Source: Ramazzottius varieornatus (Eukaryota; Animalia; Tardigrada). From it: a stretch of DNA of 64,000 nucleotides. The translations under genes and the position numbers were made by a program. The first letter of the stretch is position 1. The number at the start of each line of letters is the position of its first letter. Positions 14,271 to 26,590 of the stretch are shown one piece after another. Below the pieces are notes generated by a model. That model had not been told where the DNA came from, ran no database searches, and was given only the letters and a program-made list of their open reading frames with translations. The DNA is taken from NCBI GenBank assembly GCA_001949185.1, contig BDGG01000005.1, positions 2,515,439-2,579,438 of the forward strand. The letters run 5' to 3'.

Positions 14271-16096
14271 TCAATGATCTTTGCGTCGTTTTGGTTCCTC
14301 TTGACGTTCTGGACTGTCGTCCATGCGTTTGGTCGGGGAGAGGTCGGCGGGATGGGGAACAATCTTTCGATCTTGTGGTGTAGGTGGCGCTTCTGCCGGC
14401 GGCGACGGAAGCACTATTTTGCCTTGCGAAGTCTCAATTTTTGCAAACTTCCAGAAGAATCCCATTTTCTGCTCGTCACTAGAGAAAGAATAACTAAATT
14501 TCAACTGTCCCGCCTTCCGAAACTGCTTACTGAAGACGATACACATGATGAGACGATAGGCTCCATCGTTAAGCGGCAACTCCATGACTATAGACTGCAA
14601 TTTGGTCCCATATGGATATGTACTGGTACACCATCTCTGAAGTCCTCTGCGTCAATTCGCAGGCAATCTCTAACTTCATTTTGATAAATATGTGCGACGT
14701 CCATCGTCCACGTTTTCTTATATTTCTTTGGAGTGATTTGTCCACGGAATGAACCACCACCTTCAACTGATACTTGAACGTTGCTGCATGTAGCAACCAT
14801 CACTTCTCTATTTTCCCTATGCTTTATTTGCTTCGCCGCTTCAGTCCGATCACGTCCGGGCATTTTACCAAGAGCACGTACTTCTGCGACCACCACCGGC
14901 TCTACCACCCTTCCTGTTGTCCCGTTTCTGGTCACCCGATCCGATACCGTAGTGTTAACCACGGTTTGATGAGATGTAACAACAGATGGGCTCACGGTAG
15001 GCTCCTTCGCAGTCTGGCTCTTCGCTCTCGGGTTGTCTTTTGTTACTTTGGTTCCTTCATTTAGCCGTTTCCCCGCTACCTTCCAGTGACTGTCTGCTTT
15101 CTGTTCGTGCCTTCTTGGCGACGGCGCAGTCGAACATTCGTTCGATTCAGAGCTTCGTGGATTATCCGCGTTGCCATTCTTTCTGCTTCCGGCAATATCA
15201 GGCTGTACGGCGGGCAAACGTGGTATCGGTGACATGGTGTTCGGTGTCGTTTTAGCCTGGTTGGTCCCACTAGCTGTTTCGGGGGGTGGTTTCTTCTTGG
15301 GGAGACTACCTGCTCTTCCGCTGGCTGATACATCTGTTCCAAAAAGCCCTGTGCTGGTCTGAGTTTCGAAATCACCACTTGTCTTCTTCTCATGGACTGC
15401 CGCCAATGTTGCAAGCCGCTGCTGGGTTGCGTCTGGCTGATGGAGAATACCGGGGTCATCCGCACGACCCACCACGTTGGATGTTTCATTAGCAATGGTG
15501 GTCGAGACTGATGTCAGGGCATCGTTCAACTGTTGCTTTTTGGGTATCTTATAGGTCTTAAGAATAAAAGGGACATTGCTGGCCGTCCTCGGACTTCTAC
15601 CACGTTGATCATCTTCTGGCGGAAGGGTGGGGGTGGAGCTCGAGTCTGTTGTTGCTGGCTGACCTGTGTGGTTCTTCTTGAGGGCGTCCTTGAAGCTCTC
15701 CTGTCTCTTGCTGTGGCCATCCACCGCGGACTGCGAAGCAGCTGAGTAGTGCGAAGCGTTGATAGGTTCGCTCTCTACATTCTCAGAAGGAGAGGAAACT
15801 GCATGTGCAGCGCAAGAACTGTCGCAATTCGCACACGGTTGGTCAGGACCCGTCAAATCGATTCCCTCGTATTTTACTTTGGTGGTAGACGCATATGCCG
15901 ACGGGGTACCTGCAGGTGGCGGAACTTCCCCAGCATTTTCTTCCATATCGCTGCTTGGACGAGATGATGTGGTGGTATTTGGTGGATCTTTTTGTGAATC
16001 AATCTTCGCGGGCGATCCTTGTTCGACTTTGATTTTGGGTACCGCAGAGGTTGTCGTTCCGAGTACCGATGCGTATTGGGATTGTTCTTTTTCCAT
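14271..16096 (-). CDS. Orphan protein: long S/T/P-rich disordered region plus a C-terminal globular segment; apparent frameshift near 14595 (possible pseudogene)
   Basis: 502-aa ORF 14588-16096 overlaps a second-frame ORF 14271-14600 that continues in protein-like sequence (SIVMELPLNDGAYRLIMCIVFSK...). An acceptor-like site near 16125 suggests upstream exons. No recognisable family. Confidence 0.45.
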
Positions 16097-18404
16097 GATG
16101 ATCTGTTGGCTATCGTTTGAACAACCTAGTCAGGAAGACAAATTTCATGTACGTGCTACCGAAACTCGTTATCCTGTCGCCCATTGCTTCAAACAAGTAC
16201 GCCAAGTCGACAGGACTTCTGACAAGTGTACTTTAATGGTAAATTATTTTACTTTGACAGTGGCGCCACCTGGCCGAATCATCAGGCATTATACAGACTC
16301 ACGAAGTGTAACAATGCAGTCATGCACGGTAGGAACCCGGGTACCGCTTTCGAATGCTTATTTGATCCTTGCTTACAGTGTCCATGTGGCAACCCAAGGC
16401 TGTTGGGCTGTTCAAACTTGGACAAAGTTTGATTCATCATGCCACCATATTATGGCATGGAGGCATAGCTAATGTGTGCTTGTTGGAAGAAGAATCACAG
16501 AGTTCCAGTGAGCCCATAAATTCTTACCTCGTAATGCCGATGGCATGGACGGCATGAAGACTAACGTCGTTGGACGAGTATCAGAGTGCCGAGAATCTGG
16601 TGCAATGCTAGGTTGAAAGTGGGAAATTCAAGATGGCGGATATGCTGATGGAGAGCGTTGTATGCACCAGTCCTGCGGAGCAAGTTAGCTCGTTTAGTTC
16701 GTTTAGCTCATTTCGCCTTTCTTCTACGAGGTTTTTACAAAAAGCTCATCGAGGTTCGTGCGCTGCACAGCCCTGTTTTGCGTTTTCAGCTCTGGTATGC
16801 ACATCGAGTTGAAAAGGAGAAATATAGGAAATGACTGTATGGTGGTCCTGAATCCTGATGCGAGAATTGCGAGTCGACTGCAGTCAAGTGATCGGCGCCC
16901 GTGAAATGCAGCTGCCTTGCGAGAAGCAAGTGGGTCTTCGATAAGCTGTGTATCTGGAAGAAGAAATCAATAATGTTGGTGTTGAACGAGACGTCAAATA
17001 GACACTTTCGGAAGGTAGTAAAGGTTGGAATGAAGCTCGACAGTGAAGAGCTGCTGGCATGGCACTGTACGGAATACCCACCTTGATTCTCAGCTGATCT
17101 AAGCGAGCGAGAAACAGCAGGTTTATCAGACGAACTAGCAGCCTCGGCAAGAGCCGCGACCATCGATACGCGGATGGTGCTACAAAAAGTCGACATACTG
17201 TACTCGTACAGTAGACGACAATGGTGGATGCAGAAAGGTAAAAGACGGAAACAGAGAGCGAAACAGCGCTGCCGTCATACATCTTGGTGTGTTTACATGT
17301 TGGCTACAGCAGTGCTGCGGTTGATCGACGGTATGCGAAGTGTGACTTCGAGACGGCAGCATACATTAAGATAAGATCATGACCTTCATTCCTGGTCACT
17401 TTGTAGAAGACACAGTGCGGATTCGAAGCGGTCTGACACAGTCGAAAACTCCTCTCATCAACACACGCCCCTCCTCAGTCTATGATGAGGGTTTCCTAAT
17501 GTCCTTCCATGAGCAAAAACCAAGCTGAGCTTTTCACTTAATCCACTGTGTAAAGCGATCATCTCCAGTCCGAAGGGCGGACTTGCAGTCCAATCATAAT
17601 CTCTTCGCAAAGCTGCAAAATCCCGATGCATGCGCGCAGCCTACTTCTGTGCATAGTGCTGGCAACGATACGGTATACCGATATCGTATCGAAATATATC
17701 GAATCTTTGCGATAAAATATGCGGCAGATATCGTATCGATGATATCGATATGAAGCTCTTATCTAATAACGCAATAAAATATTCGGCGATATCGTATCGC
17801 ACCATATCGATATATTTTCGATATATCGGTATTTTGCTGAATGGCAAACGCAGCAATAATATGGGCAAGCGGCAGAGTAAGTTATTAAGGCGAAGTCTAA
17901 TTCCGAAGTATGGAACGGGATTCGGGACCGAACGAAACACTGCCAGCCAATCAAAAGAGCAGGTTTGCTACAGTAAGGTCAGCTGATTGGATGAGGATTG
18001 GCTGCAGTTTCTCCTCATTGCAAGTTCTCTGTGACGCCATTTGGCCTCGGTTTACTGATTTCAAAACCTTGATTCTGGCCATCGTGTGCCGACCAGGCGA
18101 GCACGCTCCGCCCATTCGGTTTTGGTACTAATTTTATCCAGCTTCCCACGTGTTTGAGGTCTTGGTATAGTCACGTTTTCGCTACATCTGACGCTTCCGA
18201 TCTTACTAACACTTAATGTGGAAATCGGCTTCTTGAGTTCTTGAGCCCGGACCAGTGGAATTCAAAAATTTAAAACTGCAGAAATATCGATATATAGCTG
18301 CGATATGATACGATATATCGAAAACACGGTGGTGGAAAAATATCGTATCGAAATATTGATACTGAATGAATATCGAAGACCGCGATAAAATATCCGGCGA
18401 TACT

Positions 18405-21400
18405 TTATCGACTAGGTAGTGGTTCTGACCACTGGAAAGGTCGAGCAAAGGAGGCAAACCATTGTAGAGCGAGCACTTTTACTGCGTTGCCTAATGCAAG
18501 TAATCGTTTCTCCTCGGCAACTTTCTCTTGTATCACAGGAAAATTTGCCAACTCAGCAAGGCGGTCAAAATCAAAATATTGCAGAAACGCAAGGTCTGAC
18601 GACGATCGTACTCGAGAACAGCCAACAAACGATAGTCCTATCGCGAACTCGTCCTTTCCCAAGTCAAGAACCACGCCTGGCAGGGGTGTCCCTTGCGCCT
18701 TGTGCACCGTAGCCGCATGTGAGAATGAAGGGGGAATTTGTTTCCGTAATAGCGGCTTTCTCGAAGGGCTGAACCATGTCTTTTTGAATGGATCGATAGG
18801 AACGATCCTAGATACGATGGGACTGAACGAAGGTCCCGTATGATCGTCGAACTGAACAACTACGCACAGTGGCATTTTCTGGGTAGACAATGCCCACGAC
18901 TGACCCCAGAGACCCATTCACAAGTCCACGCTCAGTCCACAAGTTTACATTTAACATCACTCGGCATCCCGTAGCTAATAAATGACGGAGTCCAAGCCTC
19001 CAGCTTGATCGTAAGAGGCTTTAGCGGCTTCTTCATTATTGTATACGGCTTAAATGCGAGGTACCGCAACCCCCATGTCTGCGATAATCTGTTCGTTTCG
19101 CGCGTCCGCTGGCGCGTTGGTCGTATACAGATGGATGGACGCGTTGAAACGATGTCTTTCGGCAGGAGGAAGAGCGGTAAGGAAACGAGTCGAAAGTAAC
19201 CGCCAATCCCCCAAAGTAGATGTCCCTCCCGCATAATGATGAGCATTACACGCAGATGGTCCGTGTAATGTAAAGTGTAATGTAAAATAGTGTAATTGTA
19301 AAACTGTAATTACATTTACACTAGTTTACATTTTACAGACCGAGCGGTTTGCAACGCCTAAAAGTGACAAGAAGCGACGAAAACGACGACCAGCCATGTC
19401 TATGATTGCATAGGATATAGATCTTAGTAATTGTCTTCCAGACAAAGATAAAAATACGGTTGCAAAATGACCATACTCGGGAAGTTTCTGACATTTTTCC
19501 GCTAAGTCAACCGAATTTTAGATTTCTGGCGGCAAAATACTCAAAAATACCGCTGATTCTGGCAGGTAAAAGTTGTAATACATTTTGCATTTACATTACA
19601 ACTTCCCCGTGGTTGTAATGTCGTGTAAAAGTGTAATTGTAATGTAAAATGTAATGTAATGTAAAATGTAATGCTCATCATTACTCCCGCAACCTCCAAA
19701 GCAAGGTACAGAATGCTACAGCTTGAGGAGTTTCGCCGACTTGTCTTTGAGGAATGGATAAAACAACTGCCTTGCTGAAGTTTCTGTACAATAAGAAAGC
19801 GGTCGGTACGTCCGCCACATCCGGAGCAGCATTTGCCCTGCTTTATAGTGGCTTGTCGAGCACTGGGGGTAGCTGGTACAGGTTACCGGCCAATATAACA
19901 GTCAGTCCACCGAATGGTTCATTCTGGCAATCAGGTTTAGCTTCTCTCAACCTTTTGTCCATAGACACAAACAAACGGCACCCTGTCATACTGCGTCCAT
20001 CAACGACCAGGTACGACCAGGTGGCAACGACCAGGTGTGTTGCTGAAAGATCGCTGAAACGACCGAAAACTTTTGCCGTTGAGTGGCTGCAGCTGAGTTG
20101 ACCGTATCGGTAAGCGTAACGCGCTATGAACGGTTCGTCTCCGGATGTTACAAGTCGCAACAATGGTCGGCGCAGGACGCATGCAGGTTGGACTGTACTC
20201 AACGTTATCCGCACGGTTGCGCTCGCATTCGAGGGCTTTCATCAGAAAAGACTTCCCTGTTCCAGCTGATCCTTGCACGATGAGGAGTATCTGTTCGACC
20301 GGCAAATTGTGCCGGGAGCGTTCGAAGTGCCGTAGCACTAATTCAAATACTTTGCGCTGGTCGGTATTCAGCAAATCAGGATTCGTGAAGTTATGCTGAA
20401 CGCGTTGAGGAAACTCTTGCTGTTTAAGACGGATCATATAACCAGTAATGACTTGGTCGGCTGGTAGAGTAAGACCATATGCTTCCCAGTCATGGCCAAC
20501 GTCTAGTGCCCTTCGTCCGAGCTGGCCCGCTTCTATTCCCTGCAGAAGGTTGGCATCGGCGTTAGGTCCCATCCACGCGAGTGCCATCCATGCGGGGCCC
20601 TCGTTGCCGGCCGCACCATCAGCTGGTACAACTTGGTAGTCCTTCTCGTCGTTACAATGACTTACATTACCAAATGTAACCGCAGTACATTCATTTTTTA
20701 TATCCACCCGCACCAACCCTCCGTTAATAATTCAATCCACATCAGTGAAACCGCTGTACTTGCAGTACGGACCAATAAACTAACCAACAGTCTAAGTGGT
20801 CGCAAATGCATGGAAAATGCATTTTGCATGAGAATTAGACCAAAGTGAAATGTTTCATACCTGGTACAACGGGAAAAATGTGGTTTCCTGGCTGTCCTAA
20901 TTGCTGATTGAGGAAAGCACACCATGAATCTCCTGCGTCGCGGTCGATAACCTGAATTTCCCTGAAAGGCACATCCAAATATATCCTTTGGCGGCAGTAA
21001 TGTTCGCTGGCGACATCCTCTGCAATTTTCAGGAAGAATGAAAGTATTTTCCATTTGGTCCACTCTTGGTTGATACGCGACCAAACACACTGAGTAGCAG
21101 TCATCCGTAAGGAATACTCTTCTATGTCACCTTGCCGGCGCATATAATTTACCACAACATCGGTACTGGTAGCGTTCTTCTCATCCTGGTCAGCCCCAAC
21201 ATGCTGCAGCCGCCGCAGATTACTGTCTCCGTACAACTTCAACTTAATTAACTCGCGGGTACAGTGATATAAAGGTAGTTCCTGCAACAGATGGCAAACT
21301 TCCTAAGCCGAATAGTCCCGCTCGTTCTTTTGGAAAGTGAAATCAACAGTACTGTTGCTCAGTTCGTTTGTTTTTCAGAAGACTGTACCCAGGCGTACAA

Positions 21401-23849
21401 CGAGTATAATAACCTTTATTCTGTTCGAATGCTAGCCAAGCTTAGCGCTGCATGAACAAAGTTGGAAGAAGTGAGGCAAGAGCGCCAGGAGAAAAAGCGA
21501 TAACAACAGCACAAATTCTTTTTCGTTTTCTTTTCTAAAAATAGCAAGATTAAACTAGCAGCACCGCGTCAATATGATTTCTGCACCACTTAAAATTGGA
21601 AAAATCTAGAGCGTCAACATAGTGCTTGAAAGTTCCAAAGGTACTGTATTCAAATCTACAGCACTAGGGCAGAACAAAGAGTCTTTTGTCGAAGCACCAT
21701 GTTTTGAAGGTTCCCGTAATCCTCCTGGTCGTCTCGAAGCTGCCCAACACGCAGTTGGCACGGATGAACGTCCGGGTTAGGCGCATCTGGCGCGGCGTTC
21801 CACGTCGAAATAGTATTAGCAAAGTAGTCGATTATCTGCTGACGCACTTCCGCAGTCTTGTTCTCGATGTCTTTTATATCAGAGCATCCGAAAACCAGAG
21901 AAAACCGTGTATGTGCCCACTTCCTCTATATTGCTATTCGAAGCGCAACCAATAATCCGATAATGAAAGATGTGAGAAAGTACCATGTTGAAGAACTTGG
22001 TGACTCGTTCCTGTAAGAACCAACTTGCTAGTGCTGGGTTGTTGTTCAGGTTATTTTGACGAAAACTGTATCCCTCATTCGCGTTCATATTGGCTGAATA
22101 ATTCGGTGGCAAAAGTAAGTCATGCAGCTCGGGCCAGTGGAGATCCGCTGCGCTCAAAGTGATGAACACGGTCGGAGGTCCTATCTGGTTGATCATGTCC
22201 GTGAGCTCATTCTGAATTTCCTACCAGTACTCCCGTGTGCCTCGTAGGGTTTCTCCGAAGTGGACAATGCGGGCAGCGATTCCAACTGGGTCGTTACTGC
22301 AGCGGTCAGCGAACTCAGCGGCTGTCATATTCTGTTCTGCTGGTGAACGGTATTTCAGAAATACTGAACCCTGAGTTAGAGGACGCCACCGTAGCTCCAA
22401 ATTGAGTGCAAAAAAGATAAATCGTGGATGGTTTGCAAACCTCCTATCCCGGTATTTCAAAACATGCTTAAAATATTCGGCCGGCTTTACTTCCCGGGAA
22501 CGAGGTAGACGGAAGTCACAATTACCGAAGGCAAACCACGTAGGAAAAGCCATCGACATATACTCTTCAGTGTTGAACTCATTGATTGGTTCTGCAGCAA
22601 TTACAGGCCACAGTACGTGGTCGGCGTTCAAATTGAGGTTGGCAACTTGTTGGTGAATAGCGTCTTCGACGGCAAGTACAGGTGCATCAGGTATAACATA
22701 ACTGTTCACCGCACCGTCCATATCCCCTCTCCACCTGCGGGCCCATTAGCGACTAGCACGGCGTCTGCAATACCATCGGTGCTGTTGATAAACGGCAGAA
22801 GTGCCTCCACGTTTCCGTCTTGGGGCAGCATGGCAAGATTATTCTCGTCAATTTGTATATCAGTGTAGTGGCGTTTGTTCTGTCGAAGCCACAGCAAAGC
22901 GTCAAGAATCTTATCCCGACGAACATGGAAGTCTTTATAGGCTTCAACATCACGTGCGGTCCGCCGAACTATCACAATATCCAGCATGCGTACATTGCGT
23001 GGCAGATTGGTAACGAAACCCCTAACATGTTGCGGAAAACTAATTACGTTTCCCGTGTAACCGCGTTGGCCACCCTTCAGGCTGAAGACCTGAACCACTG
23101 TCGCAACCTTTGCTATAAGCATTTGCTCTACTTGAGTCAAACCCTTAAGTTGATCCGGAACAAACACACCTGGATCGAGTTCATTTTCAGCCGGGAACTT
23201 CCGCACTCCAGAAATATGATTATCTTTAGCACAACGCTTGCACTCTGTCGAGCAAATTGCAGGTCAGAAAAGGCTTCGTTACAGCAAGTGCATACTTTGC
23301 TGCCGTTCAAATTGGCCATATGGATACGAAAATTGGTCAAAGCCTGACGAAATCTGCCCACAGCGGCATCCATATCAATATGATCGTTATGCGAGTCGCT
23401 TTCGTCTTCGTAGTTCCGAGCACGCCTGTCCAAAAGTAAGCGATCGTGCGACGTCAGTTAGTATTCGTCATCCGGGTCTGCTCCCCACGAGGGCATTATT
23501 TACTGTTGGCACGCCTAAATGTGCGATAACCTATGAGAAGAACAATGGTCAACCTAAAACGTAGAATACCTGGTGCTTGAGTCTGCGGGCAAAGTCGCAG
23601 CACTGGCAGAAGCTGCCCCAGCAAGGCGATAATTCCGATGCTGTGCGTTCACACGTAGCCGGTAAGCTTCATCACGTACATCCTGTGGAGCACAGCTTGG
23701 TGCCAGGGGAGGTACGGCAGCAGCCGGCCAATGTGTAGTGGTGGTATCAGAATTCCGTGTCTAAATTCAAAGCCGTCGTCATTAGAGTCCGAACCTGCCG
23801 CTGGCATAGGAGGATCTCCTTAGGTCGCCGCAAGACGCGGATTGCTCAT
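18405..23849 (-). pseudogene. Rep/PIF1-helicase (RepHel) transposase pseudogene
   Basis: DUF6570-like LTQVEQMLIA..GQRGYTGNVISFPQ; PINEF..MAFPTWF; GPPTVFITLSAADLHWPEL; HUH motif RFE*QYRGSGHIHGFLW (~21896-21945); RDYSA*E; Walker A GSAGTGKS; PFGGLTVILAGNLYQLPPV; TVHKAQG..VVLDLG..FVGCSRV. Multiple stops and frameshifts. Confidence 0.9.
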
Positions 23850-24825
23850 CTCAAGGAAACCCGATTACGGAATAACACAGTTGCATACTTCCCAAAAAGC
23901 AACGTAAAAGAAGTATGACATTCTGAGAGTACCGCGCAAACAACTAACTAAGCAGACCGCAAAGTAACACAATAAAGTAGAACGCGGCACTGCATGAAAA
24001 CCACTAGCTGTGGGTTATCATGTCAAATTCTTGTTGCCACAGAGAAAAACCTAGCCCAAAGTGTCTATTTGACTACTACTACTGACCGACATTCCTGAGC
24101 CCCGAGCCAACAAAAACCGCCACACCACGTGACCACCACCAAAGGCGCAGCTTGCACCGTATTATCAAACCACGTAAAGAAAGATGAGAAAATGACACGT
24201 TTCGAGGGTTGCTGAAACGCACGAAATGGGTCTTCAGCATGGCAAGTACCACGGTGAATGGGCAGCCGTGCACCATATGATTGTCACCACAACGTCAGTT
24301 CACCCGGGGTCAAACCTTGGATTGCTGACATCAAGGGGCTGCGCCCCCTGAACCCCCTGCCGGCACGCACTGCGGCGCTTCGCGCCTCCGTTGCTCGTTC
24401 TTGCAGCATGTTCTGAGTTATTTCGGGTTGGTTGTTGCAGCGTCCACAGTGCCCTCCATCAAAACGGATGCGTGATTAGGGTTGCTGCTAACGTGGTGAC
24501 AGTTTGGCTTCGTCTGGTGGACCTCTCATGTTCATAAGCTATGTGGATGATCTTCAGTCGATTCAAACGAGTCACTCACTGATCGCCGAAATAAACGGGT
24601 GGCCAATAATTGATAACAGGCACATAGTTAGGCTAGTTACGTGTACTGCCATCATAAGTCGCAACTTGTGACACACAGTACGGTTCCCTAGTAAAATTTT
24701 CAATCACCCCCATCAAGTGGCGTGTCTTTTTCAGTACTGCGTTTGCGATATCTGAAAGCTCGAAGAATCTGATCGTCCATTGAAATCTCGACAGACTTAA
24801 AAGGGCGTCGCTTCGTTCGGCCTGA
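18412..24825 (-). mobile_element. Decayed Helentron/Helitron2-type rolling-circle transposon
   Basis: Fragmented RepHel ORF. Minus-strand 3' end CTAG at 18415-18412 with hairpin AGTGGT-N4-ACCACT (18418-18433). 14-bp asymmetric inverted repeats (18442-18455 vs 24384-24397, 13/14 match). GC hairpins at 24335-24347 and 24374-24386. Removing it rejoins the host MITE as TATCGAAAAATATCG (T-run target on the minus strand). Confidence 0.8.
19234..19683. mobile_element. 450-bp hAT-like MITE (MITE B) inserted in the helicase coding region
   Basis: Perfect 17-bp TIR TAATGATGAGCATTACA / TGTAATGCTCATCATTA; 8-bp TSD CTCCCGCA (19226-19233, 19684-19691); subterminal TGTAA repeats. Excision restores helicase ...FCTLLWRLREGH. 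Confidence 0.92.
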
Positions 24826-26590
24826 AAAATATCGTATCGAATTTTATCGTATTTTTGCCAGCACTTTCTGTGCAAAACATGCACTCTTGTCGGGTATTGC
24901 GTCTACGGCCGAGATCGAGAAGGATGGAGGTCGCGATTAGAATGCCATATCCAGTGGAACACCAAGACATCCGGTGGAACTCGTTGCTGACGGAGCGAGA
25001 GCTAGGTCCCGGTTTTTTTCTAGCTTCCGTGCACCCCGAAGCATGAAACTTGATTACGAGGACTGATCAACTGCGCGAGTTCGAGCAACGGCACATTCTC
25101 CGGTTTTGGATCCATCCCTGCCGACCACGTCAAGGCTGTTGCATCAATTAAACCGAGCGGATATCTCTTTTCTCTTCGTTTTCCTCACATGATCTGTTCA
25201 GTTCTCGACCCCCAAGTTTTCCTGTGTATGTGAGTTTTTATCTGGAGGACCTATTGCTCCAGCACAAGAAACCAAAAAGTCTCCATCACCAGCTTGACGC
25301 TGGTTTTGATCGTTTCAAAAGTAGGCTCATTTCCGGGAACTCCGCCAACACTGCAGAATCGTTACCGGTACGCGTACGGAAACGTCGCCGCAACCTTTGC
25401 AGCTGGTGCAACGGTGTATCCGTAGCCATCGTCGTCGTCACTTCAGTCGCTGACATTTGGCCATAGCACAACGTACCCCTACTCGTAATTTAGTTGTCGG
25501 AGAATACGGTGGTTGCTATGTTTTAGTACACGGTTAAAAGTTAGAAAGAAAGAGAAATGGATAATATTACGTGATTTCAGCAATTAATATAGCACATAAG
25601 ATACACAGTTTTTACGTTCTGACCAAACGTATGCTCTGTGAGAACTGACGTGTAAGAATATTCATAATACGGACATTAAGTTGCCACCGCCAGATGGAAG
25701 TCCAACTGTAGCTCAGATGAGTTGCAACGTCACTCATAAGCGCAGCAGCTGATCAGAACTTTGAATAGTTGGGCATCCACCATGCTTTTCAATGCCAGCC
25801 AACCGTAACTCCGATTACGCTATTTTTCGAAGATAAGGGGAGTTCCGGAAAGCAGAATGTAGCTAACACGTTACGAAAGGGGCGGAGCAAGGCCGTAGCT
25901 ACAGTTACAAAGTGAACGGGAGTGGCAACCTAATCTCTTAAATAACTATTGATCGGGAGCTCGTCAAAGAAACTCGACCTGATCGTTATCTCAAGTGGCG
26001 CACGTTCCAATTGTTGATAGCTGTAAGCTTGCGCCACTTGGAAGGAAATTCTGGTCGAATTGGTTCCCGAGTTTCTATGCAATCATGCTTGAAAGACTGT
26101 TTCCAGTTTTACCTTCGTACTGCCGAGTTCTCCCCTCTACAGCTGTCAAAACGACCCAAGCAACTGTAAATTCGGCGACCTAAGTACAGGCGGAAGTATG
26201 AAATTTATGAAACACGCGTTCACCACCAGAAGTCCAGTGATGTCTTTGGCTACAGCAGAAACGAAACAAACATACAAAAGAGAAACAACAAAGATAAATG
26301 TCCAAAGGGGAAACCGTGTGCCTGTGAGCAGAAACTGATAATAAAATGTACAAAAGAGGACGTGAGTCAAGTTTGCGCACGACAGATTGCTAAACGGTTA
26401 AACCGCGGGTCTCCCGTGCTTTGCAAGTTAATCCAAGAAGAACTTCGACAGTTCACCACTCATCACAATAAATCAAGGCTTGGTTCTTTCCACCCACTTG
26501 TAAAAAATTGCAAATTACGTTCTCGAAAGCTCAAAACAAACAAATGTGAGATTAGGAAGAAGTGTCTCCTTCCTCCACACACTTGAGGCT

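Larger units (their letters stand above)
17654..24866. mobile_element. Non-autonomous hAT-like TIR element (MITE A), split by a Helentron insertion
   Basis: Left TIR TAGTGCTGGCAA (17654), right TIR TTGCCAGCACTT (24855-24866), 8-bp TSD TCTGTGCA (17646-17653 and 24867-24874). Many subterminal CGATA/TATCG motifs at 17660-17830, 18280-18411 and 24826-24850. Confidence 0.85.

Noticed and set aside
15759-16472. 237-aa plus-strand ORF
   Set aside because: Largely an antisense shadow of the 502-aa minus-strand ORF; no motifs.
17654-18411. CGATA-rich repeats as a possible CRISPR array or coding ORFs
   Set aside because: No repeat-spacer periodicity and eukaryotic context; explained as MITE subterminal repeats.
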